Below, one piece after another: positions 20,045 to 26,731 of a stretch of DNA of 29,767 nucleotides (position 1 is the stretch's first letter; every line of letters starts with the position of its first letter). Made by a program: the position numbers and the translations under genes. The notes beneath the pieces are model-generated. The model was not told the origin of the DNA, did not search any database, and saw only the letters and a list, made by a program, of their open reading frames with translations. The DNA comes from a virus (lineage: Duplodnaviria > Heunggongvirae > Uroviricota > Caudoviricetes): the IMG/VR virus record IMGVR_UViG_2917855067_000004. The stretch is one strand, 5' to 3'.

Positions 20045-20204
20045 TGCCCGCTTTATAGGGCGGTTTTAATGCAGTTGCATGATCACTCTGGATCCGCGCC
20101 AGCTCAGGCGGCGCACGGCCAGAACGGGCCCCCCCGGCGCATGCAAAACCATGCACCTGTTGCATGCACGGCTAAAAAACAGGGAAATCGCGTAAAAATG
20201 GCAT

Positions 20205-20247
20205 AAAAAAAAACCGGCATTCGCGGTGCCGGTTTCGGTCTGATTTT
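20205..20247. terminator. Bidirectional intrinsic terminator (strongest for the minus strand)
   Basis: A9 run, hairpin CCGGCA-TTCGCGG-TGCCGG, then a T-rich run; on the minus strand the hairpin is followed by U9. Confidence 0.6.
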
Positions 20248-20254
20248 GTCGCGA

Positions 20255-20356
20255 TTACTGGCCGCGCAATGCGCTGATAACACTATTGAGGCACATGCTG
20301 GCAACAATCAGCAGAAAAATTGTCGTCCACGGATTTTCATAAACGAGAGATAACAT
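20255..20356 (-). CDS. Hypothetical 33-aa single-TM peptide (MLSLVYENPWTTIFLLIVASMCLNSVISALRGQ)
   Basis: ATG at 20354-20356 with AAAGGA upstream; ~20-residue hydrophobic core; stop TAA at 20255-20257, directly followed by the strong terminator. Below the ORF-track length cutoff; not matched to a known family. Confidence 0.4.
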   Translation of the reverse strand: MLSLVYENPWTTIFLLIVASMCLNSVISALRGQ

Positions 20357-20372
20357 ATTGATATAGATCCTT

Positions 20373-20564
20373 TTATTTGTGCATTCTGATGTGGTTTAAC
20401 AGGTGTTTGATAATGGTCGTAAGCTCATCTTTACTGGCGTGCTCTACCATTTTTGCGGTGTAGCTTTCCACCTCGCGAGAGCTCAGGTCGTTATTTAAAG
20501 CCATTACAGTCAGCTTTTTTGCCCAATCGGCAAATGGGTCTATCGATGAAAGGGAATTATGCAT
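20373..20564 (-). CDS. Hypothetical 63-aa protein (MHNSLSSIDPFADWAKKLTVMALNNDLSSREVESYTAKMVEHASKDELTTIIKHLLNHIRMHK)
   Basis: Internal ATG at 20562-20564 with a GAGG Shine-Dalgarno 9 nt upstream; 16 nt upstream of the 33-aa peptide gene; AT-rich. The 91-aa track form starts at a weaker site. Confidence 0.5.
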   Translation of the reverse strand: MHNSLSSIDPFADWAKKLTVMALNNDLSSREVESYTAKMVEHASKDELTTIIKHLLNHIRMHK

Positions 20565-20995
20565 GTCCAAAAACCTCGAATTATTTAACCAGCAGACGGC
20601 GGAAATCTTTGCGGTGTTATGGGATAACTTCCCGGTGCCACAGGTCATTACCTACGAAAAATTTAAACGCCGCGCTACCTGATGACTACTTTGACCAACT
20701 TAACTCACCGGAAATGAAAGCACTGAATCAGTTGCGCAGTGTGGTTGAGGGTACATTCACTTTTCTCAGTGAAAACGGCTACATCCAGTACGGAACAGAC
20801 CACCAGACCTATTTTTATGATGTGCGCCTGACCGAGAAAGCACTCGCCGTGCTTAACAAAAAGCCCGAGGCGCTCGGCGGTAATGAAACAATGGGCGATA
20901 AGATTATCAGTGCAGTGAAAGACGGGACGCCGGGAGTGATTGCCGGTGCGGTGACAAACCTGCTTACCCTCGGTGTCAATCTGGTAACCAGTTAA
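20563..20995 (+). pseudogene. Frame-disrupted hypothetical gene: 39-aa frame-1 ORF (20563-20682) plus ~105-aa continuation in another frame to 20995
   Basis: ATG 20563 with AAGGGA 7 nt upstream gives MSKNLELFNQQTAEIFAVLWDNFPVPQVITYEKFKRRAT then tandem TGATGA; protein-like sequence continues one base out of frame (LPDDYFDQLNSPEMKALNQ...GVIAGAVTNLLTLGVNLVTS) to a TAA at 20993-20995. Confidence 0.4.
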
Positions 20996-20996
20996 C

Positions 20997-21052
20997 GCCT
21001 CGCGGGGCGTCGTTGTTCAACCCCGTCAGCACTGAAAGCGAGTTTCAGCGCT
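20997..21052. repeat. Structured repeat element R1 (GC stem-loop plus 10-bp hairpin with GCGAG loop)
   Basis: GCCTCGCGGGGCGTCGTTGTTCAACCCCGTC then AGCACTGAAA-GCGAG-TTTCAGCGCT; homologous to R2 about 405 bp away. Confidence 0.5.
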
Positions 21053-21062
21053 GAGACGTTTG

Positions 21063-21272
21063 CTATCGTCGACGTGGTGGAGGTGCGTATTTTGTCGGTC
21101 TGCTGATGCTATCCAGCTTGCCGCAATTATCCCTGACTATTTCGGCACACCCGACCAGCTCGGTGGGTGTCAAATTCTCATTGACCATTATCTGCTGCAG
21201 GCGATGAACGATAGCCATTAACTTAATATTTCTGGTCTGGTGCTGCGGTATTTCACCTGGTAGTCGATGCAT
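21063..21272 (-). CDS. Hypothetical 69-aa protein
   Basis: ATG at 21270-21272 with a GAGGG Shine-Dalgarno 7 nt upstream; lies between R2 and R1; no family recognised. Confidence 0.45.
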   Translation of the reverse strand: MHRLPGEIPQHQTRNIKLMAIVHRLQQIMVNENLTPTELVGCAEIVRDNCGKLDSISRPTKYAPPPRRR

Positions 21273-21401
21273 ATTATCACCCTCAATGAATTTTAATCAG
21301 TGCCGTCAAAACGCCACTATAAAACCCTCTCAGGTCATGCCTCATTCATCACTGGCGTGTCATCAATAGCACATTGAGAAATTTTGAAAGGCAGGACTAA
21401 A

Positions 21402-21455
21402 GCCTCGTGGGCTCGTTACTCAACCCCGTCGACGCAAAAAGCTAGTTTTTGCGCC
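21402..21455. repeat. Structured repeat element R2 (homologue of R1; hairpin with GCTAG loop)
   Basis: GCCTCGTGGGCTCGTTACTCAACCCCGTC then GACGCAAAAA-GCTAG-TTTTTGCGCC; stem differs from R1 by base changes that preserve pairing. Confidence 0.5.
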
Positions 21456-21471
21456 AACACGGTTATCATGT

Positions 21472-21702
21472 TTAACGCCAGCTATCGTCTTCCCAAATCT
21501 CTTGTAATATGCCGCTTAATGTTTCTTTGTCTGCTTCTTTATCGAATCCGATAACCTCTACACCAGTCATTGACCCTTTCTTGACGTTAACTTTTATTGC
21601 AGGAAAAACGCATTGTACTCGATGTGTTATTTCATTCTGAAAAGCATCAATGATCTGTTGCCCTAATTTTTGTTCTTTATCCAACGTGATATTGATTCTC
21701 AT
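21472..21702 (-). CDS. DinI-family protein (likely the C-terminal part of a Tum-like SOS-inducible antirepressor)
   Basis: 76 aa MRINITLDKEQKLGQQIIDAFQNEITHRVQCVFPAIKVNVKKGSMTGVEVIGFDKEADKETLSGILQEIWEDDSWR resembles E. coli DinI (MRIEVTIAK...ILQETWE) from memory. Confidence 0.8.
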   Translation of the reverse strand: MRINITLDKEQKLGQQIIDAFQNEITHRVQCVFPAIKVNVKKGSMTGVEVIGFDKEADKETLSGILQEIWEDDSWR

Positions 21703-21705
21703 AAT

Positions 21706-21888
21706 CTAATCAGCCTTATAAAAATTATCATCTTCGGTTTCGTTATTCTCGCTGTTTGCTAGGTCTGCAATGAGAGTGAGCGCGAGCTTTAAGTCTGATG
21801 GCTTGCAGTTTGCAATCAGAGATACCTCGGCAATAAATTGCACACAAGCCCACTTTTGCTGCGTTCGGCTGAAATGTTCGTCAACCAT
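21706..21888 (-). CDS. Hypothetical 60-aa protein, first gene of the LexA-box operon (possible Tum N-terminal part)
   Basis: ATG at 21886-21888 with AGGAGG 6 nt upstream; ends at a TAG that is in frame with, and one codon before, the DinI-like ATG. Confidence 0.55.
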   Translation of the reverse strand: MVDEHFSRTQQKWACVQFIAEVSLIANCKPSDLKLALTLIADLANSENNETEDDNFYKAD

Positions 21889-21907
21889 GGAATCCCTCCT
21901 ACAGGGT

Positions 21908-21927
21908 TACTGTATGTTTATACAGTA
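21908..21927. promoter_or_regulatory. LexA operator (SOS box) upstream of the orf60/DinI-like operon
   Basis: TACTGTATGTTTATACAGTA: CTGT-N8-ACAG with palindromic flanks, about 20 nt upstream of the orf60 ribosome-binding site. Confidence 0.8.
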
Positions 21928-22001
21928 GCACGTATTGGTAAAAGATGGGAAGAAAAAAAACGAATAGGGCGATTGTCGTATGTACATGATATGGATATAA
22001 A

Positions 22002-24296
22002 TTACTCTGATATTGGTTTTGATGCTTCAGCTATCGCAGCAACACGATTAAGGATTTTTCTGGCTTTAGCCTCATGCGATGGTGCTGTGGAAAATATTTC
22101 TCCTTTGGCCGTTCCGCGTAGCCATTTACCATCAAAACAACTTTTACCACCGGCCATCAGGTGCAGAGCTTCGCCCCGGCTGATATTAATGCCGGTTGTC
22201 AAATGTATCTCTTCGATAGTTTTCGCTATAGCTGCGTTTTGCTCATCCGTTCCGTGGACGAATTTTCGCCGTGCTGCTGGCTTTTGCTTCCTGAGTCGGT
22301 TGGTCAACTCTCGTCTTTCACGCCGACTCAGTGGTTTTGTTAAATCCAGTATCGGTGGATCGCTTTCGCTTCCCGTACAGTTATTGACAGAACTCCGAGG
22401 GACGGCTTTGCCGTCCTGAAGGTCAACGGCCAAATCAACAGCATGCTTCGGAACAATCTTCCACTGAGTGAGTCGGGTTAATATCGGGCTCCCTGCACCT
22501 ATGGAGGAATCGTAGACCCCCTTAATACATACCGTTTCCTCACCGTACTGATTAAGCTCGGTACGCGGTTCATACAGTGTGCGCACCTGTAAATCATCGC
22601 GACGGACAAACGGTCCACCCTGCGCATTAACATACCCAGCCCAGTCACCAGCGTCGGCGGCATCATGGACGGCGGCAAACTCAACGCTCAGTCCGTGCGC
22701 GGTTTCGGTATCAGCGAGGCGACGCAACTCACGGTAAACCGTCACCGGCGCACCACCGATAAACTGAAACTGACGGATGTGCCAGCGCGAAGCCCATGCT
22801 GAAACGGCGGGGGCTGTCTCTTTCAGCAGTTCACCACTTTCATCATCGGTTTCACCATCGAGAGCATAACCGTCGATATTTTTTGAGATGTATTTAGCAA
22901 CATAGCCGGTTGCGCTGCCTTTCTCCGGGTCAATGGACTCGGCGTGGAAACGTGCTTTTTTGGATTTATCGCTTTTCAGTTCGTGGCGGTCTTCTTTCCA
23001 TGCGTATTTACGGACGATGGAGCGAACATATTCAACATCTTCCGGCAGCATGAACATCAGCATGTGCCAGTGTGGAGTGCCGTCGTGATGGGGCTCGGCG
23101 ACACGAATACCGAAAATACGGACATCTTCCCGATGTAGTTTGGCACGGATGCGCGCCCAGATACCGGTTAGATAGTTTTGCGTGTCAGCCGGGCTGGCAC
23201 CGCTCCATTTGCTGTTACGGTAACCGGCTTTAGTTGTGGCGTGATATTTTGACGGCGCGGTTAGAGTGTAAAACTCACCGACATAACCGAGCTCATTACA
23301 GATGTTTTCAAACCCACGAATGCGGGTCATGAGCTCACAGCGGCGAATCGCAGGGTTAGCAACTGAGCCATCATATTTTTCAATTAGGCTGATACGGTTG
23401 CCGTCTTCGTCTTCGAGATCCAGACCTTTGAGAAATTCACGAGTTCGGCGCTTTTGTTCACGCCAGTCAGTCACGCAGTTTTTACTCGCATAGGTGTTTT
23501 TTTTCTTGCTGACGTTGCCGACTGCAATTTGCAGGTGTTCGCGCCATGTAGCTGCAACCCGGCGCAAACGACCACGCCACCACCCATCGTTAAACATCTT
23601 GGCGATAGCCGGTGCGATTTCATCCGCTCCGACATATTTTTTTGCAACCCGATCCCAATGGGGTGGGATAACGTTGAACTGGAGGGAAATAAAGCCAGCA
23701 CGATTATACCAAGTGTACAGCGTTTTAAGCTCGCCGAATCCGTGGTCATTAATGCTGGCAAGTTCACCACGAATGAAATTAGCAATATCGGCGGCCAACA
23801 GGTCAACATCAGCGCGCGACATATCCGGGAGGCGGTTATATCGGGCGACCATATTAACCATGCGTGACGCCAGATATTGCATAAGCTGGGTATCAAAATG
23901 ACTTCCAAAAACAGAGGTTGATACCTTGCTGTTGATACCCGCGCATTCGTATTTTTTTGCGACCAATTCAAGACGCGGCAATGCCTTTTTGCAGAAGCTG
24001 ATCAAAAAGGCATTGGCTCGTTGAATGCCCTGATTTTGCTCCAGCACTGCCGCAGTGCGATAAACATCTAACCGCACGCAGTCGGGCTGGAGAGAAAGCA
24101 CCTTTTTCGCATGCAGCAAAGCCGCGAACATACGGTCGCGGCGATGCTGTTGCTCGTAAGTAAGGTATGGGCTGGCTATAGCCGACCGTGGAGCATTCCA
24201 CGGATAAGCAAAAGTAATATCTAATGCCCCTCCGTCATGTATCATCTGTCGACTTTCTTTTTGATTCCATAACATTGGTCGTGTAGCCTCCCACAA
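22002..24296 (-). CDS. A: Replication initiation protein A (rolling-circle nickase)
   Basis: 764 aa; size and position match P2 gpA; contains a His-hydrophobic-His motif (PHWHMLMF) and a YVAKY motif consistent with rolling-circle Rep proteins. Confidence 0.93.
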   Translation of the reverse strand: MWEATRPMLWNQKESRQMIHDGGALDITFAYPWNAPRSAIASPYLTYEQQHRRDRMFAALLHAKKVLSLQPDCVRLDVYRTAAVLEQNQGIQRANAFLISFCKKALPRLELVAKKYECAGINSKVSTSVFGSHFDTQLMQYLASRMVNMVARYNRLPDMSRADVDLLAADIANFIRGELASINDHGFGELKTLYTWYNRAGFISLQFNVIPPHWDRVAKKYVGADEIAPAIAKMFNDGWWRGRLRRVAATWREHLQIAVGNVSKKKNTYASKNCVTDWREQKRRTREFLKGLDLEDEDGNRISLIEKYDGSVANPAIRRCELMTRIRGFENICNELGYVGEFYTLTAPSKYHATTKAGYRNSKWSGASPADTQNYLTGIWARIRAKLHREDVRIFGIRVAEPHHDGTPHWHMLMFMLPEDVEYVRSIVRKYAWKEDRHELKSDKSKKARFHAESIDPEKGSATGYVAKYISKNIDGYALDGETDDESGELLKETAPAVSAWASRWHIRQFQFIGGAPVTVYRELRRLADTETAHGLSVEFAAVHDAADAGDWAGYVNAQGGPFVRRDDLQVRTLYEPRTELNQYGEETVCIKGVYDSSIGAGSPILTRLTQWKIVPKHAVDLAVDLQDGKAVPRSSVNNCTGSESDPPILDLTKPLSRRERRELTNRLRKQKPAARRKFVHGTDEQNAAIAKTIEEIHLTTGINISRGEALHLMAGGKSCFDGKWLRGTAKGEIFSTAPSHEAKARKILNRVAAIAEASKPISE

Positions 24297-24318
24297 AGTT
24301 GAGTGTTAAAAAGGTGCT

Positions 24319-24624
24319 GTGATGCAACATAAATTATTCAAGATGAAAGACAGTTTGAATCTGCCGCCATATGATTCGGCCCTGTCTGCGTGGCTTGAGA
24401 ATCAGCAGGAATCCATTCCTGGAGTTCCATATAAAATCCTTGTCTGCAATGAGAATGTTTTTTACAGGGCTCTCACCTGTGATGGATTGGGAGAGTACGC
24501 CGCAGCGTGTGAATTTCTCCACTCTCTGGGTCTAGTAGATGCCTCGGATTACGGAATGGGTCTGAAAGATTACGACTCAGTATTTTTAAGTCAGGAGTAT
24601 ATTGACCGAGCATTTTCTCAATAG
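24319..24624 (+). CDS. Hypothetical 101-aa protein, opposite orientation to the early operon, AT-rich
   Basis: ATG 24319 with AAAAGG 7 nt upstream; protein-like throughout; weak hairpin plus T-run after the stop; overlaps the 3' end of the convergent 134-aa ORF by ~150 bp, so one of the two is partly spurious. Confidence 0.4.
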   Translation: MMQHKLFKMKDSLNLPPYDSALSAWLENQQESIPGVPYKILVCNENVFYRALTCDGLGEYAAACEFLHSLGLVDASDYGMGLKDYDSVFLSQEYIDRAFSQ

Positions 24625-24877
24625 CATTGGCGAATAATACGCCCATTTTTTCTATTTCTACGACCATCTCTTTAAGTGAAGTTATGGTCGAATTCTGAAT
24701 ATGACGGTGAATTAATCCTGAAATAAGTTGTTCAATTTTTGGGTAATATCCGATGGCATCAAGCCATTCCTCGCCAGATTTTTTCCCGGATTGAGCGACT
24801 TTCTTTTCATTAAGGATAAATTGATACTGGTCGCTAGTAATAATCCATTTGTCACCTATTTCGATTCGAAAACTCAT
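24473..24877 (-). CDS. Hypothetical protein (134-aa ORF; the first ~90 aa look most protein-like)
   Basis: ATG 24875-24877 with AGGGG 7 nt upstream, immediately after the TraR-like stop; the C-terminal ~45 aa are Pro/Arg/His-rich and overlap the plus-strand ORF. Confidence 0.5.
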   Translation of the reverse strand: MSFRIEIGDKWIITSDQYQFILNEKKVAQSGKKSGEEWLDAIGYYPKIEQLISGLIHRHIQNSTITSLKEMVVEIEKMGVLFANAIEKMLGQYTPDLKILSRNLSDPFRNPRHLLDPESGEIHTLRRTLPIHHR

Positions 24878-25099
24878 TTACACGCCCCTGTAGTGTTTTG
24901 ATTTGAGCTCGGCGATTTGCTGACAAGTCACGCAAAATGCCACCCCCTGAATTGCCGCACGGCGGGCTTCCTGGATTGGTGCGTCACATTCTTCGCATAG
25001 GAAAGGAGAGGTCGCTGCAATACGGCAGCGCGCGTTGCTGATGTGGCGTTCGCGGTCTTCCTGCTCGCGCAGTTGTGCTAAATCCATTGCGTCGGCCAT
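24878..25099 (-). CDS. TraR/DksA-family C4 zinc-finger protein
   Basis: 73 aa with CEECDAPIQEARRAAIQGVAFCVTCQ (two CxxC pairs), as in the phage/plasmid TraR-like small zinc-finger proteins. Confidence 0.8.
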   Translation of the reverse strand: MADAMDLAQLREQEDRERHISNARCRIAATSPFLCEECDAPIQEARRAAIQGVAFCVTCQQIAELKSKHYRGV

Positions 25100-25326
25100 T
25101 AGTGCAGCTCCTGTGATTCGTTTTCGTAGCGGTTGGCTTCACGTCGCAGCAGTTCAGCGGCTTCGGTGCCGTTCATGCCCTCTTTAGTGATATGGATAGC
25201 CAGCGCCTCAAGACGGATTGAAACGGCGAGTGCGCGGTCTTTGCGTTCTTCTTTTTTGGCATCTGTCAGCAGCACGGCCAGAGTATCACTATCAGTATTA
25301 AAACTACGGGATTCGGTATTACGCAT
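25099..25326 (-). CDS. Hypothetical 75-aa early protein
   Basis: ATG 25324-25326 with AGGAG 8 nt upstream; stop overlaps the TraR-like start (TAATG). Confidence 0.5.
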   Translation of the reverse strand: MRNTESRSFNTDSDTLAVLLTDAKKEERKDRALAVSIRLEALAIHITKEGMNGTEAAELLRREANRYENESQELH

Positions 25327-25378
25327 AACTAACTCTCCTGATTTTGGGCAATAAAATGCCCGACGGGTTTACGCCAGA

Positions 25379-25398
25379 TAATTAATTGTGATTAATTA
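25379..25398. promoter_or_regulatory. Perfect AT-rich palindrome TAATTAAT-TGTG-ATTAATTA (candidate operator)
   Basis: 8-4-8 inverted repeat in the intergenic region between two early genes, overlapping the upstream stop codon. Confidence 0.4.
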
Positions 25399-25596
25399 GC
25401 TATAGCCAAATACAACGGCAGGTTTACTTTTTAACTGGCTGATAATCTCAGCTTTCAGGCCATCCTTAAACTCTTTGCAGCACTCCCACTCAGGGTCAAC
25501 GCGAAGTATTGCACCATCGCGGGTTTTAATTTCAAAACCGTCTTCCATATTCGGAATCATGGCTCCTAAAACAATTCTTAATTCATCACGTGACAT
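25396..25596 (-). CDS. Hypothetical 66-aa early protein
   Basis: Start moved to ATG 25594-25596 (MSRDELRIVLGAMIPNMEDGFEIKTRDG...) with AAGGGA 6 nt upstream; the track's longer form starts at TTG. Confidence 0.45.
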   Translation of the reverse strand: MSRDELRIVLGAMIPNMEDGFEIKTRDGAILRVDPEWECCKEFKDGLKAEIISQLKSKPAVVFGYS

Positions 25597-25810
25597 GCTT
25601 AATCCCTTTAATAATAAAGTGGACAATACGAATAATTAAAAAGCCTGACGACTTCGACTGCTTAGATTTCAGCCCTTTTAATAATTCGGACTGAGAGCGG
25701 CACGGGTGCCAGCGCTTACCATCTTTACCTGCGATCCAGCCGTGACCGTAATGCATACCTGGACTTTGCTTAACGAGCAGAGATGCGAATGAGGGTTCAT
25801 TTTTCAGCAT
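25586..25810 (-). CDS. Hypothetical 74-aa early protein
   Basis: Start moved to ATG 25808-25810 (MLKNEPSFASLLVKQ...), 8 nt after the cII stop with a GAGG Shine-Dalgarno. Confidence 0.45.
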   Translation of the reverse strand: MLKNEPSFASLLVKQSPGMHYGHGWIAGKDGKRWHPCRSQSELLKGLKSKQSKSSGFLIIRIVHFIIKGIKHVT

Positions 25811-25817
25811 AAACACC

Positions 25818-26327
25818 TCATACCAAACCAAATGTTGCGCCGATGCCGGTCATGGTATCAACCACGCTCGACATTGCCGGGTTAGCCTGTAGACGCGCCT
25901 GTAACGCCAGCGCCGACAGAGACAACATGCGGATGCCTGCATTAACACTCTCAACCATGTTGTGTTTGCGGTCAGAGGTCATACGTTCATTTGATACCGC
26001 ACCGCTCGCCAGTTCGCCGAGTTCACTCATTGCGCGCATCACATAAGACTGCAATTTCTCTTTAGCCAGCTCATTAACTGGCACGCATGGCAGACAATGT
26101 ATCTGCGCCAGAAAGCCATCAACGAGGGTTGAGTCTTCGGTCAGGTCAGTCAGCAGCCACAATTCAGGCGGTGTGAATTGGTGAGGCTGTTCTGGGTTGA
26201 GCTTGTTACGTAACGTTTGAACGTTCATACCCGCACGCTCGGCCAGCTTCGCCATGTTGTGACGCTGCGCAAAAGCCCGGCACGCTTCGTCATAGTGAGG
26301 ATGTTTAGAAATCTGAAAATCAAACAT
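25818..26327 (-). CDS. cII: CII-like transcriptional activator (186 type)
   Basis: Start moved to ATG 26325-26327 with GAGGG 9 nt upstream, giving 169 aa MFDFQISKHPHYDEACRAFAQRHNMAKLAERAGMNVQTLRNKL...; matches 186 CII length and my recollection of its N-terminus. Confidence 0.8.
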   Translation of the reverse strand: MFDFQISKHPHYDEACRAFAQRHNMAKLAERAGMNVQTLRNKLNPEQPHQFTPPELWLLTDLTEDSTLVDGFLAQIHCLPCVPVNELAKEKLQSYVMRAMSELGELASGAVSNERMTSDRKHNMVESVNAGIRMLSLSALALQARLQANPAMSSVVDTMTGIGATFGLV

Positions 26328-26359
26328 GGTTAAATTCCCTCTAACTTGCATAATCAAAT

Positions 26360-26731
26360 TCAGTTAAGAGCGATGCGGTGGTCGATGTAGCGACAATCAA
26401 TCGCTTGCTGGGTTAGTTTGTCGCGCCATGCTTTCACGTTTACGAGGGTGCGGCTTCGTTTTCCAGCCTCTTCCTTGTTGGAAAAGTCTTTAGTTGGAGC
26501 TTTGAGGAGGATTCCCTCATCAAGCCATTGCCAGACCAGCCGCTCGCTTACACCGCGAGTGGCGGCAAAGTCTTTCACTGTCATTGTGTCTGACATAGCG
26601 GAGCGGATCATTGTCTGCAGAGCTGGCAGCATAGCGGTAACGATCGCATCAAACTGAGCCGGATCTAACAGCACAGTTTGATTTTGTGAGTTTTGCGAAT
26701 CATGCGTCGAGATTGATTTTGCATCTGACAT
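26360..26731 (-). CDS. apl: Apl/Cox-like excisionase and transcriptional regulator (start uncertain)
   Basis: Divergent from cI; HTH-like ...MTVKDFAATRGVSERLVWQWLDEGILLKAP...; the 123-aa ORF is longer than 186 Apl (87 aa), so an internal start is possible. Confidence 0.65.
   Translation of the reverse strand: MSDAKSISTHDSQNSQNQTVLLDPAQFDAIVTAMLPALQTMIRSAMSDTMTVKDFAATRGVSERLVWQWLDEGILLKAPTKDFSNKEEAGKRSRTLVNVKAWRDKLTQQAIDCRYIDHRIALN

Noticed and set aside
19869-20307. ORFs spanning the cos region (19869-20069 plus, 20104-20307 minus)
   Set aside because: They run across the cos site, the repeat clusters and the terminator; the translations are Pro/Arg/Thr-rich with no ribosome-binding site; the region is better explained as packaging and termination signals.
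20373-20648. The longer 91-aa form of the 63-aa minus-strand gene
   Set aside because: The upstream ATG at 20648 has a poorly spaced ribosome-binding site and would overlap the plus-strand start region entirely; the internal ATG at 20564 has GAGG at 9 nt.
20660-20690. prfB-like programmed +1 frameshift at the ACC-TGA junction of the frame-disrupted gene
   Set aside because: There is no Shine-Dalgarno-like stimulator just upstream and the P-site codon (ACC) cannot re-pair in the +1 frame; the tandem stops suggest genuine termination, so an indel or error is more likely. Kept only as a low-probability alternative.
20997-21455. The R1/R2 repeats as a CRISPR array
   Set aside because: There are only two copies, about 405 bp apart with a gene between them; they are imperfect and much longer than typical CRISPR repeats; no cas genes are present.
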